The notes beneath the pieces were generated by a model that saw nothing but the letters and a program-made list of their open reading frames with translations, had not been told where the DNA came from and did not search any database. This document shows, one piece after another, positions 54,314-62,354 of a stretch of 64,000 nucleotides of DNA. Location of the stretch: positions 3,021,800 to 3,085,799 of the forward strand of contig CBDFKX010000002.1 of the NCBI GenBank assembly GCA_965249055.1. Direction: 5' to 3'. Within the stretch, counting starts at the first letter, position 1; every line of letters begins with the position of its first letter. This DNA is from Candidatus Aldehydirespiratoraceae bacterium. GTDB lineage: Bacteria; Actinomycetota; Acidimicrobiia; Acidimicrobiales; Aldehydirespiratoraceae. The position numbers and the translations under genes are program-made.

Positions 54314-56896
54314 GTGGGTCACACTTCTCGTGTGAAGACGCTGCTGTGGCGAATCGTTCATTTGCTAGTGCTCGCTACCTTGGCGATCAGCCAACCGTTG
54401 CTGAGCATCCTGGGCGAGAACCCAACCTTCTTCACTGCCCACTCGAGTTCACCGGGCCAGATTGTGGCGTTCGCAATCTTGGTCGCGCTAGTACCCACGT
54501 TTGTGCTCAGCGCGGTGATGCTCGGCGGACACGCCCACTCGCAGCGGGTCGGCCGACACATCTTCCGGGGCGCTATGGCAGCGCTGACCTTCCTGTTCGT
54601 CATTCAGGTGGTCGACGTGATCGGCGGGCCAGCTTTGCTAGTCATAGCAATCGCCATCGCCAGCACATATGGCCTCATGGCGGTCTATGTGAGGCACGAA
54701 CGGGTGCGCTCAGCGGTGTCGGTGTTGGCTGTGCTGCCTCCTTTAGTCGTCATCCATTTCCTGTTTGTCTCAGCTGCCAGCAGTGTCGTTTTCCCAGACG
54801 ATGTTGAGGCGGTAACGCTCGAAACGCTGCTCGGGGCAGATCTGGACGACATTGCGCATCCAGCAGATCAAGACAGACTCGAAAGCGCTGCCACTGACAA
54901 GGTAGACCCGGCCAACACCAGCACCAGACAAGACGACTCCGACAACGCTGCGGTCGGCCCAGATACCGTTGAGCAAGCCTCGCTGGTCGAGCGGCTGAAC
55001 GACCGGTTTCCACCGATCCATCTACTCGTATTCGATGAGCTGCCGTGGCACTCGCTGCTTGACGAGAGAGGCCAAATCGACTCGGTTCGCTACCGCAATT
55101 TCGCTCGGCTCGCTGAAACTTCACATGTCTTCAACAACGCCACTACGGATGGATTCACGACGGAGTTGGCGGTGCCTGCCTTGCTGGCAAGCACACTTCA
55201 GACTCAGCCCGCTCCGGTCTATTCGATGTATCCCAACAACCTGTTCACCTTGTTGGGCGGGGTGTACGACGTCTCGTCTTGGGATCCGCTTGTTGATCTC
55301 TGCCCCGACTCCGTATGCAACGGCTCAGCGCCGGAGCAGGTTCTCGAACTGATCGCGGTCGACGGAACTGTCTCCACCTCCACGACTGCCGCACCCGCAA
55401 TCACCGTCTCCGCCAGTTCAACAACAAACCCAACTACATCAACCACAGTTTCCACGACTTCAAGCGATGCGCCGCTGTCCGAGCCGACACACCACGAAAC
55501 GGGGGGTGACGACAAAGGCTCGCTCTCACTGTTGCTCCAAGATGCCGCGATCGTGTTCGGGCATCTCGCGGCACCGGAAGGGACGGATTTTGGCCTTCCG
55601 TCAATCGGAGCCGGATGGGGCAATTTTGGACGGGGTTTGACCACCGCGACAACCCCGACCGCTACCACCACCGCCAGCACCACAACCACCCAGAACGGCA
55701 CGACCACCACGGCAAACACCACAACAAGCACTCGGGTAGCGACCACAACCACTCAGCCATCATCGGACACCAGCCAAACCACGACCACACTGCAGATCGC
55801 CACCGACGTGGAAATCACTGATGGCACCGACCCCGTCGACCCGGAGCGCATAGCCGAGGAACGAACCGCATTTCTCGACAGCCTGATCTCTCTCGACACA
55901 CGCGTCTTCGACTTTCGAAGAGAGATTGCTGCGATCGAGGCAGGTGATCTCCCCCGCCTACATTTCATGCACACATTGTTGCCGCACGTGCCTTGGCGAC
56001 TGAGGCCCGATGGCTCAAGCTATGCCGATATCGGTCTGCCGGGGTATTTCTCCAAATGGGACGACGATCAAGACAAGGCACGATTCGGACAACAACGCCA
56101 CCTTCTGCAACTCGGCTTCGCAGACCATCTCCTAGGCGAGTATCTGGACCGCCTCGAAGCGATCGGAGACCTGGATCGCGCCATGGTGATCGTGACCGCG
56201 GACCACGGGATCTCGTTTGTGCCGGGTGAGCGATCCAGAGGAGTCAACGATGTCAACGTAGATGGCATCGCGGGTGTTCCGCTGATTCTCAAAGAACCAA
56301 ACCAGAAGACCGGGACGGTTCAACCCCAGCCTGTCCGGTTGATCGACATCGTGCCCACGATCGCCGCGCTGCTCGGGGTTGATGCGCCATGGGATTTCGC
56401 TGGGCGCAACATGTTCAGCGCGCAACCGGCGGTAGACCGTGCTGTTGGCGGAACTGGAGGTTCGGTGAAGGTGCCGGAGGACTTCACGACAATCACCAAC
56501 GAATTGGCTGCCGACATGCACGAAGTGTTCGGCGACGGGACCTCGGGCAGTCTCTACGGACTCGGCGGAGCGCACGATCTGATCGGCGCCCCGGCGCGGG
56601 ATTGGGCGACCAACCAATCCGCGCACTGCTGGGTCAAAGAACGGCCAACAACGATTCCTGACGCTGACGGATCGATCGGCTACGTGTTCGGGCTCATCGA
56701 CGCCCCACCGGGCGCGTCGATCGCCTTCGCAATTGTGGTAGACGGAATCGTGGCTGGTACGGCCAGGTCTTTTGAAGACGGCCCAGCTCACCGTGTCTTC
56801 GCCATTGGCGATTCGCAGTACTGGCAAGGCGAGGATCCAGCCGTCGAACTCCACGAGATCATCAATTCCCGCCTAGCCCCGATTCCACGCTGCTAG
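54314..56896 (+). CDS. Membrane-anchored sulfatase/alkaline-phosphatase-superfamily protein (LtaS/EptA-like) with Thr-rich inserts
   Basis: 860 aa with about five N-terminal TM helices. The extracytoplasmic domain carries LLVFDELPW, NATTDGFTTE, HTLLPHVPW and VIVTADHGISF motifs. Two Thr/Ser-rich low-complexity tracts lie at 55371-55466 and 55640-55795. Confidence 0.65.
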   Translation: MGHTSRVKTLLWRIVHLLVLATLAISQPLLSILGENPTFFTAHSSSPGQIVAFAILVALVPTFVLSAVMLGGHAHSQRVGRHIFRGAMAALTFLFVIQVVDVIGGPALLVIAIAIASTYGLMAVYVRHERVRSAVSVLAVLPPLVVIHFLFVSAASSVVFPDDVEAVTLETLLGADLDDIAHPADQDRLESAATDKVDPANTSTRQDDSDNAAVGPDTVEQASLVERLNDRFPPIHLLVFDELPWHSLLDERGQIDSVRYRNFARLAETSHVFNNATTDGFTTELAVPALLASTLQTQPAPVYSMYPNNLFTLLGGVYDVSSWDPLVDLCPDSVCNGSAPEQVLELIAVDGTVSTSTTAAPAITVSASSTTNPTTSTTVSTTSSDAPLSEPTHHETGGDDKGSLSLLLQDAAIVFGHLAAPEGTDFGLPSIGAGWGNFGRGLTTATTPTATTTASTTTTQNGTTTTANTTTSTRVATTTTQPSSDTSQTTTTLQIATDVEITDGTDPVDPERIAEERTAFLDSLISLDTRVFDFRREIAAIEAGDLPRLHFMHTLLPHVPWRLRPDGSSYADIGLPGYFSKWDDDQDKARFGQQRHLLQLGFADHLLGEYLDRLEAIGDLDRAMVIVTADHGISFVPGERSRGVNDVNVDGIAGVPLILKEPNQKTGTVQPQPVRLIDIVPTIAALLGVDAPWDFAGRNMFSAQPAVDRAVGGTGGSVKVPEDFTTITNELAADMHEVFGDGTSGSLYGLGGAHDLIGAPARDWATNQSAHCWVKERPTTIPDADGSIGYVFGLIDAPPGASIAFAIVVDGIVAGTARSFEDGPAHRVFAIGDSQYWQGEDPAVELHEIINSRLAPIPRC

Positions 56897-56953
56897 TCGC
56901 CCGAACGACACACCCGGGAGTGGTTCGGATGTGTTTCAGCCGGCGCAATCGGT

Positions 56954-59356
56954 TTAAAGGGTCACGTCCGCAGTAGCGCGAAGGTCGGTGGCAGAGGCGG
57001 CAAGGGTGACCGAGTAGGAGCCAGGATCGACCACCCAGTCGTGCACCGCTGGGTCCCAGCGGGCGAAGCAACGGTCCTTCAAATTGATGCGGGCAGTTCC
57101 GGTCGCACCGGGGGCCAGATCGAGCTTGGCGAAACCAGCGAGTTCCTTCACCGGACGAGGGACGACACTCTGGGCGGGCGCTACATACACCTGTACTACT
57201 TCGCTGCCGGCACGCTCTGTTGTGTTGGTGATCGAAACTTCGACACTCAAGTCCGTGCCAGTGCCTTTGATCGTGGGTTCGCCCCATTCGAAGGTGGCGT
57301 AGGACCCGCCGTGACCGAAAGGGATCATCGGTTCGATGCCGCGAGCGTCATAGGAGCGGTAGCCGACAAAAATCCCTTCGCCGTAACGCACCACACCAGC
57401 CTCGCCCGGATAGTTCAAGAACGCTGGCGTGTCACGCTCGTCACGGGCCCAGGTGGTGGGCATCCGTCCCGCTGGTTCGGCGTCGCCGGTCAGCACATCG
57501 GTGATCGCGTAACCTGCTTCCTGGCCCGGGTACCAGGCCAAAATGACGGCCGGAGCGTCGTCGAGCCACGGAAGCGACATGGGTGCACCACAATTGAGGA
57601 CCACAACCGTTTTCGGATTGGCCGCAATGACCCGCCGAACGAGTTCGTCCTGCTGGTTCGGTAGATCGATGGAGTCGCGATCGGATCCCTCTGATTCCCA
57701 CTCGGCGCTCGATCCCACCACCACCACAGCGGTGTCGGCTTGAGCGGCAAGATCCGCAGCTTGGTCGAGACCGGCGCGCGGGTCGAAATCGGCCAGTTCA
57801 ACACCAGCGTCGACAATACTGACCAATTGCCTTGCGTCGCGAGGCAGATGGTCCAATCGGATCCGGTAATTCCGACCGGCCTCAAGGTCCATGAAGCCAT
57901 CACCACCATGCAACCCCAACCCCGCGCTGAACGTCTTGACCGAGTTGTCAGCAACCAGTTCCTCGTCGACGAACAACGCTGCATGAGCGAAACCGAGGGC
58001 GCAGAAGCGGTGACGGCCCGATGTCGTCGGGGTCATGGTGAAACTCAACCGCACCGACATCGTGTCTATCCCCTCCGGCCAACCCTCGCCGAACCAAACG
58101 TTGAACACCGAAGATCTGGTCTCGACCTTGAAGGGTCCGTTGTCGAAACCTATTCCCTCGAACAGCTCAAAGCGCACCTCGCCACCATCGATCCACTCAG
58201 GAGGAATCGCCGCGGCTCGACGGCGCATGTCGACCCCCGGTACAACTCCGACCACGCGGTCACCGATCCGTTCCTGCATTGCTTGCGCAACCGTCGTTGT
58301 ACGGTGCGGTTCCAGACTGGCCGAGCCCCCACCAAGGATGGCGGTCTCTGCAACACCGGGACCGATCAACGCGACTGTCCCGTCACCTACGAGAGGCAAC
58401 AGGCCACGGTCGTTCTTGAGCAGGACCATCGACTCCGTAGCAGCGCGCCGTGCCAACACCCGATGCTCTGATCGTTCAACGTTCCGTTCGTTGTGGTCTG
58501 TCGGGGTGCCGATTCGACCTGCCCAGTCGAGGAAACTGACAATGCGGCGCACCTTGTCGTCGATCAGGTCTTCGGCAACTTCGCCCGATTCCACCGCGGC
58601 CTGAAGTTGCCCTCGACCCCAGAAGCGCCCTGGTCCAGGCATCTCAAGGTCGAGGCCGTAGCGAGCCGGGGCAACCGTCTCTTTGATTGCTGCCCAGTCC
58701 GACACAACAAAACCGTCGAATTCCCATTCGTTCTTCAAGAGGTCAACCAAGTAATCCTGATGCGCGCAGGCATGCTGACCGTTCACGAAGTTGTAAGCGC
58801 CCATCACACTGCGCACACCAGCCTGTTTGACCGCGGCTTCGAAGGGAGGCAGATAGATTTCGCGAAGACTTCGCTCGTCAACTTCCACGTTGATCGTATG
58901 GCGCTCGAATTCCTGGTCATTGGCCACAAAGTGCTTGACGCAAGCGCCTACACCTTGACTCTGTACGCCGGTGATGTAGGCGACCGCGATTACTGAGCTG
59001 AGCTGAGGATCCTCGCTGTAGGACTCGAAGTGGCGTCCGCCGCGAGGCGAGCGGTGTAGGTTCACGGTCGGCGCGAGCAGCACATCCACGCCGCGGTCTT
59101 TGGCTTCAACACCGAGCGCCACGCCCAGCTTCTCGACCAGACCGGGGTTCCATGTCGCGGCGATGGCTGATGGCCCCGGGATCACCAGACCTGGACCCAT
59201 CATTCTGCCGCGGACGCCGACGGGGCCGTCGCTGAGGCACCACTCAGGGATTTGCAGACGTTCGCAGCCCTTGACGATCCAGGCCGTCTCACCCACGACC
59301 ATGGTGCACTTCTCTTCTAGAGTCATCTGCGCGATCAGCGCGTCGATGTCGGTCAT
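56954..59356 (-). CDS. Glycoside hydrolase family 3 beta-glucosidase-like enzyme with an inserted PA14-like domain
   Basis: 800 aa without a signal peptide. GH3 motifs are GRHFESYSEDP, KHFVANDQE and the nucleophile context GFVVSDW. A PA14-like segment (SVRLSFTMTPTTSGRHRF...GRNYRIRLDH) and an Fn3-like C-terminus are present. Confidence 0.85.
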   Translation of the reverse strand: MTDIDALIAQMTLEEKCTMVVGETAWIVKGCERLQIPEWCLSDGPVGVRGRMMGPGLVIPGPSAIAATWNPGLVEKLGVALGVEAKDRGVDVLLAPTVNLHRSPRGGRHFESYSEDPQLSSVIAVAYITGVQSQGVGACVKHFVANDQEFERHTINVEVDERSLREIYLPPFEAAVKQAGVRSVMGAYNFVNGQHACAHQDYLVDLLKNEWEFDGFVVSDWAAIKETVAPARYGLDLEMPGPGRFWGRGQLQAAVESGEVAEDLIDDKVRRIVSFLDWAGRIGTPTDHNERNVERSEHRVLARRAATESMVLLKNDRGLLPLVGDGTVALIGPGVAETAILGGGSASLEPHRTTTVAQAMQERIGDRVVGVVPGVDMRRRAAAIPPEWIDGGEVRFELFEGIGFDNGPFKVETRSSVFNVWFGEGWPEGIDTMSVRLSFTMTPTTSGRHRFCALGFAHAALFVDEELVADNSVKTFSAGLGLHGGDGFMDLEAGRNYRIRLDHLPRDARQLVSIVDAGVELADFDPRAGLDQAADLAAQADTAVVVVGSSAEWESEGSDRDSIDLPNQQDELVRRVIAANPKTVVVLNCGAPMSLPWLDDAPAVILAWYPGQEAGYAITDVLTGDAEPAGRMPTTWARDERDTPAFLNYPGEAGVVRYGEGIFVGYRSYDARGIEPMIPFGHGGSYATFEWGEPTIKGTGTDLSVEVSITNTTERAGSEVVQVYVAPAQSVVPRPVKELAGFAKLDLAPGATGTARINLKDRCFARWDPAVHDWVVDPGSYSVTLAASATDLRATADVTL

Positions 59357-60795
59357 CGTGGTGCTCCTACTGGTTGGCGCAACGCCAATCCGTGCATGAA
59401 GGCGTGATACGCCGGTTTCGGTCTGAGGTCTCGGTCAAAGAGTAGGGGTTGGTTCGGACCCTCAGAATCGAAGGGTGGGAAGTGGTCGAGCCAGCTATGG
59501 CTGTCGGCTGCGCCCCAGAGCATGACGCCACGGACTGCTGGGACCCCGGCGAAAGTCTCAGCCAGCATGTTGTAGGCGTCGGCCTGTGCACCGAGAGGGT
59601 CTGAATCATCGGAAAACAGACCGATTCTCATGTCCATCTCGGTGACCTCGATGAACGGTCCCAGATCTGAAAGTCGTCGAAGGAAACGGTCCAAGGACTT
59701 CGGATCGGGGACTCCCATAAGCATGTGGCCCTGGAGTCCGACGCCGTCTATCGGCACGCTTTGATCCAGGAGCCTTCGCACGAAGTCGATGAACTCGGTT
59801 GCGCTCAGCCCGTCGTATTCGTTCCACGAGATCTGTTCGTTGAGCACAAGTTCGGCGTCGGGGTCGACTTCGCGGGCAAGTCGGAACGACTCAGCTACAT
59901 AATCTTCGCCGAGAGTTTCAAAGAAGACGTTCTTGTCGAGCCCTTCGCCGCTGTAGGCCATCGGTTCGTTCACCACATCCCACACAGCGACCTTGCCCCG
60001 GTAACGGCCGGCAACTGTTGATATGTGCTCACGCATCAACTTGAGCAGGGTCTTTTGTGGATCACTGCTGGCACGAAGGGTCGATTCAAGATTGTGGGGC
60101 CGACCGCCGCGACCCCAGATGAGGGTATGGCCGCGCAGACGCATGTCGTGGCGCTCGGCATAGTCGGCAAAGGCATCGGCCAGCGTGAAGTCGTAGTCGC
60201 CGACGAGTCGCGCCAGGCGGTTCCATTTGAAGGCGTTCTCGGCACCGATTCCGTTGAATTCGTGACGCACCAGTTCTGCTTCTGGGCCTGTTGGCGCTGG
60301 GATCGCCGCCCCGATGTAGAAGTCGCGCGCTGCGGCCACTTGGCGCAGACTTTCCGGCGTTGGCAAGCGTTCTGCCAGACGAGCCTCCCAGCGTTGTAGC
60401 GACGGCGAGTCTTGCGGGCTCAGGTACCCCATTGATCCAGACGATTTGACCTGGGAGGCCGAGGACTTGCGAGGTGACATGAGTGACCCGAACGCCGACA
60501 TCGCCATCAGATCGCCTTCGATACGCATCCGGCCTTCCATGAACGCCTTCATCGAGTCGAACCGGCCAGAGAATATGAGCGGCGCGTCTTGGGGTGTAGT
60601 AATGACGGTCGATGTGGCATCGCCTTCGCCTACGAGCAGTTCGCATCGGCCATCGACGATGACCAACCGGTAGGCGTCTCGACCGTCGGGCCGGTCGATC
60701 ACGAACTGGTAGGTGGCGGTGACATCGCTGTTGCGCTCGTTGATCTTGCGAGCGGTTCTCTCCAAGACCGCTCTCAGCGACTCTGAATCAGACAT
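59353..60795 (-). CDS. SCP2 sterol-carrier-like domain fused to a GH10 endo-beta-1,4-xylanase-like domain
   Basis: 480 aa without a signal peptide. The N-terminal 105 aa look like SCP2 (ATYQFVI....AYRLVIVDG.....MKAFMEGRMRIEGDLMAM). The GH10 motifs are ENAFKWN, GHTLIWG, WDVVNEP, VLNEQ, GLQGHM and VTEMD. It overlaps the GH3 gene start by 4 bp. Confidence 0.8.
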   Translation of the reverse strand: MSDSESLRAVLERTARKINERNSDVTATYQFVIDRPDGRDAYRLVIVDGRCELLVGEGDATSTVITTPQDAPLIFSGRFDSMKAFMEGRMRIEGDLMAMSAFGSLMSPRKSSASQVKSSGSMGYLSPQDSPSLQRWEARLAERLPTPESLRQVAAARDFYIGAAIPAPTGPEAELVRHEFNGIGAENAFKWNRLARLVGDYDFTLADAFADYAERHDMRLRGHTLIWGRGGRPHNLESTLRASSDPQKTLLKLMREHISTVAGRYRGKVAVWDVVNEPMAYSGEGLDKNVFFETLGEDYVAESFRLAREVDPDAELVLNEQISWNEYDGLSATEFIDFVRRLLDQSVPIDGVGLQGHMLMGVPDPKSLDRFLRRLSDLGPFIEVTEMDMRIGLFSDDSDPLGAQADAYNMLAETFAGVPAVRGVMLWGAADSHSWLDHFPPFDSEGPNQPLLFDRDLRPKPAYHAFMHGLALRQPVGAPR

Positions 60796-60875
60796 TCATG
60801 TTCTTCCCACTGGACATTTCCTACCATCGGTATATTATCTCGCCAAGTGACCAGCGTCACCGCAGGGGAGACACC

Positions 60876-62327
60876 ATGAAAACCACTGAACGCACGCTTC
60901 GAGCCACGGCAGCTCTCTTGGCTCTCTGTTTGTTTGTCGCCGCCTGTACCACGGGCGACAGCGACGACGACACCGCTGAACCGACCACGACAACGACGAC
61001 CGCAGCGCCCGAACCCGACGACGAACCCGAGGCGGACGAACCCCAGCCTGAGGCGTCCGAACCCGAACCCGACCAAGCCGACGCGGACGAACCCGAGCCT
61101 GAGCCCGAACCAGTCATTGAGGAACCACGCACAGCAAGTTTCAGGGGTATCACTGAAGACACGATCCAGATCGGTGTGGGGTTTTGGGACACCAGCGTCT
61201 TTGGATTCGGCTTCTTCGGTGATCCTGACTTGGTTTGGTCCGCACTCACCGGAGCGGTCAACGCCAGAGGCGGCGTCAACGGCAGAAACCTCGAATACTC
61301 CATTGCCGGATTCAACCCCGCCTCCAATGAACAGATGCTCGCGGCATGTATCTCCTTGACTGAAGACGCGCAGGTGTTCGCGGTTCTCGGAGGAATGCGC
61401 GGCGACGCCAACTACTGCGTGTTCGAACAGCACGAGACAATCCACCTCGGCTCACAGGTGAATGCCGAAGGCGAAGCATTCGAGCGGGCAAGGGCCCCGA
61501 TTGCCGGGTTCTTCCCTGCGGGCAACGTGCGTGAAAGTTCTTTCATTGCAGAACTGGAAGCAATGGGTTGGTTTGACGGTGCCCAGTCCATCGGAGTCCA
61601 CTACGACGGCGACTCAACCGCTGGTCGTCTCTCGGATGCAGTCGCAACAGAGTTGAGCGAACTCGGGCTCGATCTGGCCTTGACCCTCAACATCGACGAC
61701 CTGGTGCTCGACGAAGACACCCTTGAGTCACAAACCGACATCATGCGTGAGCAGGCCCGGGCCGCGGATCTAGACCGGATCATCATCTTCGGCGCGGCAG
61801 CAACCGGCCTGATCACCTATGGCGAACTCGATGTGGACCTCGCGGCGGTTGATTCCAACAACTTCACCACAGCTATCAACTCAGGTATCGACCCGGCCGA
61901 CATAGACGGCACGATCGCCACTACCTCCCGCATCAGTTTGGAATCGGACCCGATCGATGCCACCACCCAACAGTGTCTCGACGATGCCCAAGCCGCTATC
62001 GGCGACGTTCGTTTCGAACGGCCGGGCCCAGGCGTAGTCAACAATGCCGACGACCCGAACTATTGGAGCTACACCGTGCTGGCGTGCCGTGACCTGGACC
62101 TGTTCGTGCAGGCAGCGGGCGCGGCTGGGGTCAACCCGACCAACGACAGCTTCAGAACCGGGATCGAATCGCTCACCAACATCTCGCTGCCCGAGATTCC
62201 GTTCGTCTCGTTCGCAGAGGGGAAATACAACGGTGGAGACACACTCCGCCTAGTGATGTTCGATGCCGACGCCGATGAGGACGGCGAACTAATTCCCCTC
62301 GGCGAGCCCGTCGACCTCACTCCGTGA
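60876..62327 (+). CDS. Solute-binding lipoprotein (ABC-type, branched-chain amino acid/Peripla_BP_6-like) with an acidic Pro/Glu-rich linker
   Basis: The start is placed at the ATG at 60876, with GGGGAG upstream. A signal peptide with a lipobox (LFVAAC) is followed by a DSDDD...EPEPDEPEADEPQPE linker and then a two-lobe binding-protein-like body. The family assignment is tentative. Confidence 0.6.
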   Translation: MKTTERTLRATAALLALCLFVAACTTGDSDDDTAEPTTTTTTAAPEPDDEPEADEPQPEASEPEPDQADADEPEPEPEPVIEEPRTASFRGITEDTIQIGVGFWDTSVFGFGFFGDPDLVWSALTGAVNARGGVNGRNLEYSIAGFNPASNEQMLAACISLTEDAQVFAVLGGMRGDANYCVFEQHETIHLGSQVNAEGEAFERARAPIAGFFPAGNVRESSFIAELEAMGWFDGAQSIGVHYDGDSTAGRLSDAVATELSELGLDLALTLNIDDLVLDEDTLESQTDIMREQARAADLDRIIIFGAAATGLITYGELDVDLAAVDSNNFTTAINSGIDPADIDGTIATTSRISLESDPIDATTQQCLDDAQAAIGDVRFERPGPGVVNNADDPNYWSYTVLACRDLDLFVQAAGAAGVNPTNDSFRTGIESLTNISLPEIPFVSFAEGKYNGGDTLRLVMFDADADEDGELIPLGEPVDLTP

Positions 62328-62354
62328 GCAACCCGAACCCACTCTGCTCCCTCC

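Noticed and set aside
55219-55752. 177-aa minus-strand ORF with poly-Val runs opposite the Thr-rich tracts
   Set aside because: It is the antisense reading of ACC/ACG (Thr) codons as GGT/CGT/GTG. It is a by-product of low-complexity DNA inside a supported gene.
56897-56953. Hairpin between the convergent sulfatase-like and GH3 genes as a bidirectional terminator
   Set aside because: The stem ccgaac...gttcgg is short and imperfect, with no flanking T/A tracts. It is plausible, but not supportable by eye.
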